Virus record (IMG/VR): IMGVR_UViG_3300008267_000208
Location: 1 to 53,787 of that record
Source: a virus
Lineage: Duplodnaviria > Caudoviricetes
Length of the DNA stretch: 53,787 bases
Direction: 5' to 3' (one strand)
Position 1 is the first letter of the stretch; every line of letters begins with the position of its first letter. This document shows positions 38,981 through 49,552 of the stretch, piece after piece. The translations under genes and the position numbers were made by a program. Below the pieces are notes generated by a model that was given only the letters and a program-made list of their open reading frames with translations, had not been told where the DNA came from and made no database searches.

Positions 38981-40543
38981 TTAATTCACAAATGTATATG
39001 CTACTGTTCCTGGTCTTGAACCTGTAGCCCAGTTAGTTGTTCCGTTTAATGTTGCTCCAAAACTCCAAATAGTTTGACCTTGAGATGAATCTATACGTGT
39101 ACCATTAATATATACTAATGATTGTAGTGCTCCATTATCTAATGTCCAAATTGATTGTGTTGTCGCATTGTTTGAGGTCATTGTAATGGGTGAGGCAGCA
39201 GTTGCTGTTAATTGAGTATTAGCTGTTGTTCTATATGAAGCACCTGATGAACTATTAGCTAATGTGATTGTTCTACCTATTGTTGAGCAGATTAAATTCG
39301 CACAAGTCCAACCTCCTGAACCTGTAAACGTTGTATTTCCTGTTGCTGCTAGTGTTAGGTTATTTGCAATAGAAATTGGTGTGTCTATCGTGTATGTTGC
39401 AGCACCGGGAAGTGTCAAATTGTAGAAGGGCATCCCATTTATTGTAACACTAGTATTTATAGGTATAGTGAATGTAGAAGTGCTGGTGTTAATAGTTCCT
39501 GCGGTGTAGGTTAATGTTCTTGCTGTGGTACCCCACGTTACTGTTCCTGCAGGGAATGTTACTATTGCTTCTGCACTTTTATTGATAGTAAGATTATTTT
39601 GGATAGTACCTGCGGATATTGATGCATTACCTGATCCACTCATTTCTATGGTTGCTGTACCTGATAAAGCAACAGAAGAGAGTGTTAAATTTCCTCCTAC
39701 ATATATCACATAACTCGCTCCATTAGCAATTCCAGCAACCGTAGCTACTGATAAAGCTCCTGATATATTCATATTTGAATTTAGTAGTAGAGTTTGTCCT
39801 GCAGCTGCTCCGAATGCTATACTGTTAAATAAAATAGAAGATACGTTATTGAATGTATTAGTAGTACCCCCTATGGACAATGTACCCGTAGAATTATATG
39901 AACCCGTCGTATAAATAAAATTAATTCCTGCAAATGCTGTAGTTGCTTGTGTTATGGTTCCTACTGAACTACTAATTTGTATAGTAGTTGCAGCTGCAGT
40001 TCCTGTGTAAGTGCCAGATAAAGTTCCAGTTCCTCTAAGTAAGTATAGTATACCTCCTGTAGTTGTTGTGAGACCTCCAGGTGATGTTAAATTTCCTCCA
40101 ATGCTTGCTGTAAAACCTCCACCTGCAATGTTATTTTGACCAGTATTACCTCCAAAATTACCATTAATAGTCCAATTGCTACCAAATGTATGTGTTGTAC
40201 CACCACCCCCAGCAAGAGCTAGTGTACCATCTAACACAACTCCATTTGATATAAGAGTTCCATTTCCTGTTTTTGATATACCACCACTTCCAGTGATAGT
40301 CATCCCTGAATTTAATGTAAGATTACCTACGACGGTTAGAGTGTTAGCTAAACTCATTGTACCTACGTAGGCTGAGCAACTAAGTAGTGAGCAAGCTGCA
40401 CCGGCGGTAATAGTACAGTTTTTACTACCACTAACCCCAGCACCTGTAAATAATGCGGTTGTTGCTGATGTTGGAACTGCAGTATCCCAGTTTCCTATTG
40501 TGCTCCAGTTGTTATTAGCTCCTAATCCAGTCCACGTAGGCAT
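38981..40543 (-). CDS. Beta-helix-like tail fibre / adhesin protein
   Basis: T/G/A-rich LTV.GNLT repeats; N-terminal WTG..NNWST..NW. Confidence 0.65.
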   Translation of the reverse strand: MPTWTGLGANNNWSTIGNWDTAVPTSATTALFTGAGVSGSKNCTITAGAACSLLSCSAYVGTMSLANTLTVVGNLTLNSGMTITGSGGISKTGNGTLISNGVVLDGTLALAGGGGTTHTFGSNWTINGNFGGNTGQNNIAGGGFTASIGGNLTSPGGLTTTTGGILYLLRGTGTLSGTYTGTAAATTIQISSSVGTITQATTAFAGINFIYTTGSYNSTGTLSIGGTTNTFNNVSSILFNSIAFGAAAGQTLLLNSNMNISGALSVATVAGIANGASYVIYVGGNLTLSSVALSGTATIEMSGSGNASISAGTIQNNLTINKSAEAIVTFPAGTVTWGTTARTLTYTAGTINTSTSTFTIPINTSVTINGMPFYNLTLPGAATYTIDTPISIANNLTLAATGNTTFTGSGGWTCANLICSTIGRTITLANSSSGASYRTTANTQLTATAASPITMTSNNATTQSIWTLDNGALQSLVYINGTRIDSSQGQTIWSFGATLNGTTNWATGSRPGTVAYTFVN

Positions 40544-40785
40544 TACTCAATAGGTTTTTCTTCGTTAATAGCAATTGTTGGAATTAAACTAGTAATTATA
40601 TTAGTTGCATTAATTCTTGTTATTTCAGAGGAAGCTCTATTGATAATATTTTGTTCTATTTCTTCTGTTGATTGAGGCATAAAATGAGGTACCTCTGCTG
40701 TAACAATAGTAGTATCGAAATTATATTCAACTACTGTAATTAATGTTTCTCCTGCTTGTCTTGTTGAAATAATCTTGTATGTCAT
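40543..40785 (-). CDS. Hypothetical protein (fibre-associated)
   Basis: 80-aa coupled ORF. Confidence 0.6.
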   Translation of the reverse strand: MTYKIISTRQAGETLITVVEYNFDTTIVTAEVPHFMPQSTEEIEQNIINRASSEITRINATNIITSLIPTIAINEEKPIE

Positions 40786-41312
40786 GACTTAATTGTATTT
40801 ATAATTAAATTTAATCTTGTTATTGTAGCTGCAGTATTTAAAGTAAATCCATAGACATCACCTGCTGTTATAGCAGTATCCCATCCAGTTAATATGGATG
40901 AAGATGCTTTTTGGGTAGCAGACATAGTAATCGGAGCTGAACCAGTAATTGAGGTTTGAGTTGGGAATCCTGAGAATGTTGATTTTCTTACATCTATATT
41001 ACAGGTTCCTGCTTGATCAGCCATTATTTCCCAATCTGTAATTGTTCCGTTATATGGGACTGTAATGTACCCTTTTTGGCCTACAGCTATAACTCCACCA
41101 TTTCCATCGATGGTAACACCAAAGCTTCCACTTTTAATATTGGAAATAAAGGTATCAGGAAGAGTGTGAGAATACAAACCAGAGGCAGTATTGTATGTTA
41201 CAATGTGGCCTGAACCAGTTGAAGAAGTTGATCCGGTTACTGATAGTGAACCAGATATAACCGAGTTATTTTGTGCAATGACACCATTGCGAGCTACAAA
41301 TTCGTTTGCCAT
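40782..41312 (-). CDS. Short fibre-adaptor-like protein sharing the NIKSGSFG domain with 34179..35849
   Basis: Direct alignment of the C-terminal ~115 aa. Confidence 0.65.
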   Translation of the reverse strand: MANEFVARNGVIAQNNSVISGSLSVTGSTSSTGSGHIVTYNTASGLYSHTLPDTFISNIKSGSFGVTIDGNGGVIAVGQKGYITVPYNGTITDWEIMADQAGTCNIDVRKSTFSGFPTQTSITGSAPITMSATQKASSSILTGWDTAITAGDVYGFTLNTAATITRLNLIINTIKS

Positions 41313-41361
41313 AATTTTTTAGTTTTCCCTATCCAACTAAATTCTATTATAAATATGCCAA

Positions 41362-44300
41362 TTACATGAAAGTTGCTAACATTTTTACTTGCCATCCCGA
41401 TGGAGTAGAAGCTCCTGTGTTTATTTGGATCTGACCTGATACTATAGACGAAGCGAATGTAATTGTGGAAGTATCACCTATATCTACTGTTGAATTATCG
41501 TAGTAAGATACTGTTGTGCCATTCCATGAAGTTACAAATTCACCTGCTCTAGAATTAGATCCATTGTATATTGTATATTTACCAAATGCTGAGGTAAATG
41601 AACCTGTGTTTAGTGTAAATAAGTTGTTTATACCAGGACTTGTACTTGGTGAAATTGCGAAAAAGTCGGTTAATGTAGCATCTAATGTTAATGTTTGAGC
41701 TATATTAAAGTTAGGAGAATATGATGCAGTAGCAGCTGTACCAGCAAATGTTGATGAATTTGAACCAGTATAGCTGTTAAATGAAGATGTTGTTACAAAA
41801 TCACCACTTGGGCCTCCTCCAGTTGCACTAATAGTAACAACTCCTATTCCGTTTGTTGGTGAAATTGATATTCCACTACCTGTTAAAATTTGTGATACAC
41901 CTGATCCGCCTCCACCAAATGCGGATGAAGCGGTATAGTAAAGTTGACCGGTTGTTGAGTCAATAGTTACAACATTTGCTTGGTTTACTGATGTTAAGCC
42001 TCGTACAACTAAACTACCGCTAATATTTAGTGAACCAGTCATATTATGCTGGTTATTTGAATTTAGTTCAAATTTTCTATTAGCATCTGAATCAAAACCA
42101 CCTGCAAAAAACTGAATAGGCTTGTTAGGTGATGCATTTCCTATATGAAGATGACTTCCCGTAGTATATAAGTAAGCATCATTTGCATTACCTACAGGGC
42201 CAGTAAAGTTACTACTATTGATACCCATATCAATATAGTTACCATTCTCATCTCCATTATTAGCAGTTGCTACAACGTCTGATGATGCTACAGCTCCTGC
42301 ATTAGTATTATGGATATTAAGCTGTAAATAGTTATTTAAATTACCTTTACCACTTATTACATTAAATGAAGTTGGGTGAGTTTGTTGAACATATAGTGCT
42401 TCAGGATTAGCTGTTGTATTAACATCTGAATTAATAATAATACTTGTAGAACCTGATTGATATATTGAACTGGTTGCTAAAGTAGTATCTGTAATGAAGT
42501 ATGGAACATGTGGGGCTTTTCCACCTAAGATATTAGAAGCAGTTCTTGCAAAACTAGCTGTACCAAGTAAAGATCCAGTAAATCCACCAGTTGTAATAAC
42601 AGATCCTGTTATATTGATTTGATTTTGAGTAGCAAAATTTAATGCTTCTGTACCATCTAGGTATGTTATATATCTATCCTCATAATCAATAGTTATATTT
42701 CCAGTTGAGTCTTTTAATTCTCTTCTTCTATATAATATAGATTCATTACCTGAATCATCATATATAATTCTATTTTCAAAATCAACAGAAACAATACCTG
42801 CAGTATCATTTAATTGGGTTTGCAGTTGATATGTATCTGAGGTATTAATTTGCAGAATTTGACCTGAAGTACCAGTGGGTAGACCATTTAAAGCATATGA
42901 AGCTGTATCTGAATAGCTACTAGATAAACTATACGATGATGATTCAGCAAATGAACTACTTAAACTATAAGAACTTGATAAAGCATAAGATGAGGAAATG
43001 GCGTAGCTTGATGATATGGTATATGAACTACTTAGAGCATATGAAGCACTTAAAGCAGGATTTGCACTATTGAATACTGATCCAGTTACATATGATGCTG
43101 TTATAGCTTGAGAAGCCCAAGAAGCCGTACCAATTAATTGTCCTGTAAATGAACCTGTAAATGAACCTGTATTACTTAAAAATTGGTCTACTCGATTTGC
43201 TGTTACAATTAATGATGGAATTGCAGGAGAGGCATCGATAGCACCTGAGCCTGTAGAATATAATCTTATGTTATTATTTGTAGCCGCCCATATCAATTGG
43301 AAATAATCACCCGCAGAAGCATCTACAAACCAATTCCAAGCCGCTAATGCTTTATCATTTGCACCACCTGCTAATGTTACAGCTGTATTTGTTTCTGGGA
43401 GGTCAGTTCCATTTTTTCTAAGCCATATATATGCTATACCATTAGTACCTGTAGTTTTATCAAGTTGGGCAGAAAACTGGATATCATATACTCCAGCATT
43501 CTCCATTTTAATGTAAGTATTATATGGGTTTGTAGATCCAGATAATGATACTCCATTTGAAATAGGAGCATTATTAAGAGACATTGAATATACTGCACCT
43601 ACTGTACCTATAGTTTGAATAGTAGTATCATAAAAACTACCATAAGATCCGGTTGCTGTATTATTTCCTCCACCTCCTCCGGTTGAGCTAATAGTAATAC
43701 CACCTACACCATCATCAGATAAACTAACATTGGAACCTTGTTTTAGATTTAAAACAGTTTGTGATCCATTATTTGTACCATTAGTTTGAAGTGTGATTGA
43801 AGTACCGGTACCTCCACCACCTCCACCACCTACACCTCTAAATAAACCTCCAGGTAATATAGTAAAGTCAGCAGCTACTGCAAATGTACCATCCCCTTTA
43901 ATTACTATAGCTCCTAAATAAATAGCATTCGCTGCTGTATTGGGGGCTTCAGAGAAAGTTTCAATGTTTAGATTAGCAATAGCCTCTGATTCGCTTGAAT
44001 ATATTGCATTACCATAATAAACTACTATGGCTTTAGATACTGAGTTTGGATACCAAAATACTCTTTGAGTTGACCAGCTATTATTAGCTACACTCGTTAA
44101 AGTACCGTTAAGTGAGTATTGAGTTGGATCAATTGTGGTGTATCCTGTTCCATTATTTGTATCATATACCCAATCAGATCCTGATTGTCTATATCTAAAT
44201 ATTTTAGAAACATTTGTTCCTGGATCAGTTACGTATGATGGATTATTTGGATCTGTTGGGTAATTAGCTCCATCGGCAAATGAAGTACCACTTCCGACTG

Positions 44301-45573
44301 TTAATCCACGAGAAGAGCTTGTTGCTAAAGCATGACCTGATAGTTTTAAGGGACCAAAAGCAGATATAAATATATTTGATCTTTGTTTCCAACCATAGGC
44401 TAAAGAAGGTTGTGTTTTTACACCATTTATCGTTGAATGATTTTGATGTAAAACAATACCTACAGGAATATATGTGTCTACTTGCCCATCAAAATATGGA
44501 GTACCTTGAGCATGTATCTGATTGCTTGAGCTTATTGATATAAACTGTTGATCAAATGAAGCACTTAAAGCATCGATAGTTTTAGTTAGGTTACCCCATT
44601 GTAGGTATTGGATTGTAGGATATGGATCATTATTTAATGATGCGTTAAGATTAACAATCATACCGCTACCACTTGATACCTGATATGTGTTTGAATTTAC
44701 CTGAGTTACTACTCCTCCGTGTAGTAAACCAGTATACAAATTACCTTCCATCCAACGTAAACGAGTTACGTTATTGAATCCACTACCGTTTTGACTAAAG
44801 TATAGGTCATTTGTTGAACCAGATACATAAATATAAGATGCGGAGATTGAAGTGTTTATATTTGTACTTACAGGATCAAATCTTATATATCCATTAACTT
44901 CTGTATCTCCATATATTTGGACTGATGGTGTTAATGTTGCTCCTAGGGCATATGCTCCCGATATTATAATGCTGCCTGATAGTAAGGTATTTCCTAGTAG
45001 TGTATTATTACCTACTTGAATAGTTGAGCCAGATACACTAAGAGATCCAGTTAAAGTAGTTGTTCCAATTAATGAATTTGAACCAGTAGTAATCATACTA
45101 CCAGTCAACACCATATTATTAGAAGCGCTATCAAATGTAAAATTATTTGAACCACTAAATACTCCATTCCCATTAAATTGAATAGATTTATTTGGATTTC
45201 CAGGAGATGTGGTTGTTCCTCCACCGAATGCTGATGAAGCAGTATAGTACAATTGACCACTTGCTGTATCAATTGTTAGAACATTTAATTGACTTGTTGA
45301 TGTAATTGACGGAAATAAAACACTTCCTGTGGAAACTAAAGATCCACTAATATTGACAGTATTTGTATTTTTATCAAATGTAAAAGTTCCACTACCGCTA
45401 GTGGCACCAGCATCGTTAAATTGAACTGATTGATCTGGGCCAGCAGGAGCTGCTACAGCAGTAACTGTAAACAGTGAACCTGTTCCATCGTAAATATCTG
45501 TACCATCGGTCTGTAAAACTCGCTGGTATGTGTTTTCTATATTCTCGTTTGTAAAATCTAATGGTCCTGACAT
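41362..45573 (-). CDS. Long modular tail fibre protein (1403 aa)
   Basis: VQFN/IQFN modules, GQLYYTASSAFGGG repeats, Gly linkers, SYALS repeats. Confidence 0.75.
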   Translation of the reverse strand: MSGPLDFTNENIENTYQRVLQTDGTDIYDGTGSLFTVTAVAAPAGPDQSVQFNDAGATSGSGTFTFDKNTNTVNISGSLVSTGSVLFPSITSTSQLNVLTIDTASGQLYYTASSAFGGGTTTSPGNPNKSIQFNGNGVFSGSNNFTFDSASNNMVLTGSMITTGSNSLIGTTTLTGSLSVSGSTIQVGNNTLLGNTLLSGSIIISGAYALGATLTPSVQIYGDTEVNGYIRFDPVSTNINTSISASYIYVSGSTNDLYFSQNGSGFNNVTRLRWMEGNLYTGLLHGGVVTQVNSNTYQVSSGSGMIVNLNASLNNDPYPTIQYLQWGNLTKTIDALSASFDQQFISISSSNQIHAQGTPYFDGQVDTYIPVGIVLHQNHSTINGVKTQPSLAYGWKQRSNIFISAFGPLKLSGHALATSSSRGLTVGSGTSFADGANYPTDPNNPSYVTDPGTNVSKIFRYRQSGSDWVYDTNNGTGYTTIDPTQYSLNGTLTSVANNSWSTQRVFWYPNSVSKAIVVYYGNAIYSSESEAIANLNIETFSEAPNTAANAIYLGAIVIKGDGTFAVAADFTILPGGLFRGVGGGGGGGTGTSITLQTNGTNNGSQTVLNLKQGSNVSLSDDGVGGITISSTGGGGGNNTATGSYGSFYDTTIQTIGTVGAVYSMSLNNAPISNGVSLSGSTNPYNTYIKMENAGVYDIQFSAQLDKTTGTNGIAYIWLRKNGTDLPETNTAVTLAGGANDKALAAWNWFVDASAGDYFQLIWAATNNNIRLYSTGSGAIDASPAIPSLIVTANRVDQFLSNTGSFTGSFTGQLIGTASWASQAITASYVTGSVFNSANPALSASYALSSSYTISSSYAISSSYALSSSYSLSSSFAESSSYSLSSSYSDTASYALNGLPTGTSGQILQINTSDTYQLQTQLNDTAGIVSVDFENRIIYDDSGNESILYRRRELKDSTGNITIDYEDRYITYLDGTEALNFATQNQINITGSVITTGGFTGSLLGTASFARTASNILGGKAPHVPYFITDTTLATSSIYQSGSTSIIINSDVNTTANPEALYVQQTHPTSFNVISGKGNLNNYLQLNIHNTNAGAVASSDVVATANNGDENGNYIDMGINSSNFTGPVGNANDAYLYTTGSHLHIGNASPNKPIQFFAGGFDSDANRKFELNSNNQHNMTGSLNISGSLVVRGLTSVNQANVVTIDSTTGQLYYTASSAFGGGGSGVSQILTGSGISISPTNGIGVVTISATGGGPSGDFVTTSSFNSYTGSNSSTFAGTAATASYSPNFNIAQTLTLDATLTDFFAISPSTSPGINNLFTLNTGSFTSAFGKYTIYNGSNSRAGEFVTSWNGTTVSYYDNSTVDIGDTSTITFASSIVSGQIQINTGASTPSGWQVKMLATFM

Positions 45574-45606
45574 AACAGATATAATATAACAAAGATTTTA
45601 CTGAAA

Positions 45607-46215
45607 TCAAAGTTTATTTAACAAACCTTCAACAATCTGATTTTTAGTTGATTCTGTTAATTCAACTTTTTGTGAATTAAGATATGTTGAAATGATTGAA
45701 TTTGCTTTGGTTTTCTTAAATACAATGTTATCTATACTTATGTCTTCTCTTAATAATAATCTCATTAAATTAACAACGTGTTCTTTAATGACCTTACTAA
45801 TATCGGGCGTAGATTCAGTTGGAGCAACGGTTGTAACAATGGATTCTGTGTTTTTAACATCCGTCACGGATACTTTAGGAGCGCTTTCTATAATCAAATC
45901 TGCGTCCTGTGATTTTACTTCAACAACTACTTTTTTAGATGCATCTACTGAAAATTCTGATTTCCAAGGAATGAAATATGTATCGTCTGCTATAACTTCT
46001 AATTTAATTTCCCCTTTCATGCTTTCAGGTAAAATTCCTTTTAGTCGTTTGATTGGGATTTTACAATTACCATGTTCATCAATTTTACCATTAAATAGTA
46101 GATTTAAATCTTCCGATTCTATGATTAAACGGGCTTTAGAATTTGAAAGTGAAGCACCATCGATTTTAACTTTACATTCAAATATTTCGGTTTTATCCGT
46201 GTATAATTTATACAT
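45607..46215 (-). CDS. Hypothetical virion-region protein
   Basis: 202-aa ORF. Confidence 0.7.
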   Translation of the reverse strand: MYKLYTDKTEIFECKVKIDGASLSNSKARLIIESEDLNLLFNGKIDEHGNCKIPIKRLKGILPESMKGEIKLEVIADDTYFIPWKSEFSVDASKKVVVEVKSQDADLIIESAPKVSVTDVKNTESIVTTVAPTESTPDISKVIKEHVVNLMRLLLREDISIDNIVFKKTKANSIISTYLNSQKVELTESTKNQIVEGLLNKL

Positions 46216-46535
46216 TATAGATCAATTTTAACATTTATTCCTAGTACTTCTTTAATTACCATTTCAACATCTTGAGCAGTTATTTTAACGTCTTTTACTT
46301 CTTTAGTTTGTTTCGTTTCATCGTATCCATTTACTTTACACCAAAGAGTAATAAAATGTTTTTTCTTTTTTTTATCTCCTAGAGTTTCAGCTGCTCCGCC
46401 TGGTCCTCCAGATATTATTTCAATTAATAGGGCAACATCATTCCAAGTAAATGGGTTTCTACTTTGATTTGGAAATGGATTTGTGTTCCAAGCAAAATTT
46501 GCATTTCCCCATCTAAAAGGAACTCTAGTTACCAT
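46215..46535 (-). CDS. Hypothetical protein
   Basis: 106-aa ORF behind an ATATTTAT motif. Confidence 0.65.
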   Translation of the reverse strand: MVTRVPFRWGNANFAWNTNPFPNQSRNPFTWNDVALLIEIISGGPGGAAETLGDKKKKKHFITLWCKVNGYDETKQTKEVKDVKITAQDVEMVIKEVLGINVKIDL

Positions 46536-46578
46536 ATATTATAAATATATAAAAACCTTAGGAATACTCAAACCTATC

Positions 46579-47001
46579 TTAGGTTGTCGCTATAAAGTAT
46601 TCGATTGTTGCTGAAGAACCAGATGGTTCTATTGAAACACCTGATATACTAGGTAATATAAAGTTAGATGAATTACTTCCGGATGCATTAGTTGATGTAA
46701 AAAATGAACTTCCAGTATCTACAGTAAACCAAAATGATTGAGCATTTGATGAGATCAATAATTGAATTGGAACTAAGGATTTATTAGTTACCCTAGCGTA
46801 TTTTATACTACCAGTAGTAAACGTTCCAGATGATGTTGGTGAAGTATTTATACTAAATAATGTCGTAATTGAACCACTAGGACAATTCATTATTCTATTA
46901 TCTATATTATTGATACCAGAGATAGTTTGAGTAGTATAAACTCCTCTATCTGTATCACCAATATTTATTTTTTCACTTATATATATTGTTAAATCAGCCA
47001 T
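46579..47001 (-). CDS. Ser/Thr-rich hypothetical virion protein
   Basis: 140 aa with five [ST]GS motifs. Confidence 0.7.
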   Translation of the reverse strand: MADLTIYISEKINIGDTDRGVYTTQTISGINNIDNRIMNCPSGSITTLFSINTSPTSSGTFTTGSIKYARVTNKSLVPIQLLISSNAQSFWFTVDTGSSFFTSTNASGSNSSNFILPSISGVSIEPSGSSATIEYFIATT

Positions 47002-47005
47002 GGTT

Positions 47006-47689
47006 TTAGTCTCTAAATTCTTCGTATGTTTTTAAAATTTCTTCTACTATCTCGTGACGGTGGTTTTTCTTTAAAGTAATTATTCTAACACCTTTAATTC
47101 GTTCTTCAAGTCGTGGAAAAAATCCAATACCCGAATCTTTTTTGCTTTTTAAATCCACCTGTGCTATATCACCACAGAAAACAATTTTACCACCTTTACC
47201 TAAACGTCCCAACATCATTTCTGTTTGACTATGGGTAATGTTTTGGCACTCATCAACGATTACAAACGCATTAGGAAACGTTCTACCACGCATGAATGCA
47301 AATGGTACAACTTCGATTTGATTTTCTAAAACCATTTTATCGATTTTTTCCTTATCGTATAATAGATATAAGTTAGCATATATAGGAGCCAACCATGGAT
47401 CCATTTTTTCCTTTAAATCACCAGGTAAGAAACCAATATCTTCTTTTGATACTGTAGCTCTAGTGATAATGATTTTATTCATTTCTTTCTTAAAAACCAT
47501 ATCTAAGGCTACTTGACAAGCTACTAATGTTTTACCTGAACCTGCCATTCCTTTTAATAGCACAACAGGGTTGTCTATAATCACTTGCTTAGCTTCCTTT
47601 TGTTCTTCGTTTAGGGATAATTTAAATTTAATATCTCCTTTTGGTTTTCTTTTCTCTAAGAAAACATCGTCATTTGGATTTTGAGGCAT
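47006..47689 (-). CDS. phoH: PhoH-family ATPase
   Basis: GMAGSGKT, GFLPGDL.EK, FMRGRTF, VDECQN, GD..Q.D, RH.IV. Confidence 0.95.
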   Translation of the reverse strand: MPQNPNDDVFLEKRKPKGDIKFKLSLNEEQKEAKQVIIDNPVVLLKGMAGSGKTLVACQVALDMVFKKEMNKIIITRATVSKEDIGFLPGDLKEKMDPWLAPIYANLYLLYDKEKIDKMVLENQIEVVPFAFMRGRTFPNAFVIVDECQNITHSQTEMMLGRLGKGGKIVFCGDIAQVDLKSKKDSGIGFFPRLEERIKGVRIITLKKNHRHEIVEEILKTYEEFRD

Positions 47690-47720
47690 ATGTTTTATTG
47701 ATAAATATTACAAGTATTGG

Positions 47721-47756
47721 AAAAAAAAAGAAAAGCCGGACTAGGTCCGGCTTCTC
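47721..47756 (-). terminator. Intrinsic terminator after the major capsid gene
   Basis: GAGAAGCCGGA-CCTAG-TCCGGCTTTTC followed by U9. Confidence 0.9.
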
Positions 47757-47781
47757 AATTTTAATTCTATATTAAATCATA

Positions 47782-49512
47782 TTATAGGCTATTCAAACCA
47801 CTAACAACGATTTTACCGTAGAATTCAGGACGTAACATTTTCTTAGCGTAACGAGTCATTAAACCTTTACGTGGAGTGAAGGTTGCAGGATCGTACACAA
47901 GAGGTGTCATGATTAATGGAATATACGGAGCAAACACAGCACCTGTTTCTAGGAATTGTTTACCACGGAAACCCATCAAGATAACGTTTTCAGTCATATA
48001 AGGATTCTTATAAACTGTGTAACGGTTATTGATAGCACCTACTTTCTGAACACCCATTGCGTATTCCATATTTGCAGCATCACCGTTAGAGTTTGCAGCA
48101 AATCCTGGGATTGATTCAAGGACTGTTGCTACTGTTGGAGAACATACTAAGAAGTTAGCACCACCACGAAGGGTTAATTGATGAATCTTGTTAGATACTT
48201 TCTGCATTTTAGTACCAAGAGTTTGGAACCAACCACCTTGAGTGTTATAGAAACCTGTTTGGGTAGTAGATGTTGGGAAATCAAATCCATTAGGATTTGC
48301 TGGGTTGTAGACACCATTATTCAATACTGTCCAGTATTCAGTTGCAGCAGCTGCATCTTCGATCAACATATCAAGGATTTCCAAATCAATTTCCATTGAA
48401 ATATACTCGCTCATTACGTTAGTTAATTCGGCTTCAGCATCGATATTCTGATAAGCGTTAAGATCCTGAGCAAATTCAGGTGTCCATACTGCTCTCAACT
48501 TTTTAGTCTTAGCAACAATCGCTTGTGATTGCATCTTAATGTTGATTTCTGGAATCGCAATTGTAGATGCGTTTTGAGCGTTTGGAACTGAGAATGAAGG
48601 AGCGGATGTATCTTCGAAATCACCACGGTTGTTATCTGCAGTAATTTTATTATAGAATACAGTTAATTGAGCTGCTGGAGCACCAGAGAATGCTGTAGTT
48701 GAACCTGAAATAAAGAATGAAATAGTACCTGCTGTATAGTTGTAAGTAGTAAATGCTGGTAGAGAATTAGCTACAGTAAATCCAGAACCACTTACATAAA
48801 ACGCACGAACTGCATCTGGATCAAAGTTAGTAAGAACAGAAGCTGTTGAAACTGTAACTTTGTAAATACCATTTGCTTTTACAGAAGCTGAATAAGCTGA
48901 ATCGTATCCTAATTCTGCCCAAGATGCTGTAACTACTGAACCTGTACCTGCTGCAAGTACTGGAGTAGTACCACCATTGCTTGAACCTGACATCCAAATA
49001 GATGCTGAGAATTGGTTAGTAGAGTAAGCAAAACGGCCTGCACCATATAAACCACCTGTTGTATCAGTAGTTTGGATTGGGAATTGACCTAGTGGGTTAC
49101 GAGCACCATAAAGTGAATTATTTTGACCAAATGGGTTTACGTTAGTACCATATTGGAAATCTAGGAAGAATACTAGTCCAGAAGGCAAATTCATTGGTTG
49201 TACAGAAACGAATTCTTTAGCAGCAATCGATCCGAATACTTTACGTACTAACGGAAGAGCGATACCTGCCCAGTTTTCAGACTGACCAACTTGGAAGTTA
49301 CCTGCACCAGAACCAGCACCTGTTTGGCTAGTTTCTACTACTAATTGTTTTGCTTGGTTCTCGAGGATAAGAGCCATGTTGTTTTTTTCTACCTCTGAAC
49401 CAAACCCTTCAAGTAAGCCTGTTTTAGACCACTTGGTTGCTAATCTAGCAGCATCACTTTGAAGTGATTTCCACGGATTAGCGGATTCGAGTAATTGATT
49501 GATTGAACTCAT
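47782..49512 (-). CDS. Major capsid protein (gp23-like) with a Ser/Thr-rich insertion
   Basis: ILENQ, LPLVR, VQPM..PSGLVF, AKTKKLRA.WTPE.AQDL, FAPYIPL, F.PRKG.MTRYA. Confidence 0.95.
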   Translation of the reverse strand: MSSINQLLESANPWKSLQSDAARLATKWSKTGLLEGFGSEVEKNNMALILENQAKQLVVETSQTGAGSGAGNFQVGQSENWAGIALPLVRKVFGSIAAKEFVSVQPMNLPSGLVFFLDFQYGTNVNPFGQNNSLYGARNPLGQFPIQTTDTTGGLYGAGRFAYSTNQFSASIWMSGSSNGGTTPVLAAGTGSVVTASWAELGYDSAYSASVKANGIYKVTVSTASVLTNFDPDAVRAFYVSGSGFTVANSLPAFTTYNYTAGTISFFISGSTTAFSGAPAAQLTVFYNKITADNNRGDFEDTSAPSFSVPNAQNASTIAIPEINIKMQSQAIVAKTKKLRAVWTPEFAQDLNAYQNIDAEAELTNVMSEYISMEIDLEILDMLIEDAAAATEYWTVLNNGVYNPANPNGFDFPTSTTQTGFYNTQGGWFQTLGTKMQKVSNKIHQLTLRGGANFLVCSPTVATVLESIPGFAANSNGDAANMEYAMGVQKVGAINNRYTVYKNPYMTENVILMGFRGKQFLETGAVFAPYIPLIMTPLVYDPATFTPRKGLMTRYAKKMLRPEFYGKIVVSGLNSL

Positions 49513-49552
49513 CGTTTTTAAAATTTGTTTTTAGTTTGTTTTTAAATTGTTT

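Noticed and set aside
32507-45573. Diversity-generating retroelement or invertase shufflon acting on the fibres
   Set aside because: No reverse transcriptase, recombinase, adenine-specific TR/VR pair or inverted cassette was seen. The paralogy is old and mainly at protein level.
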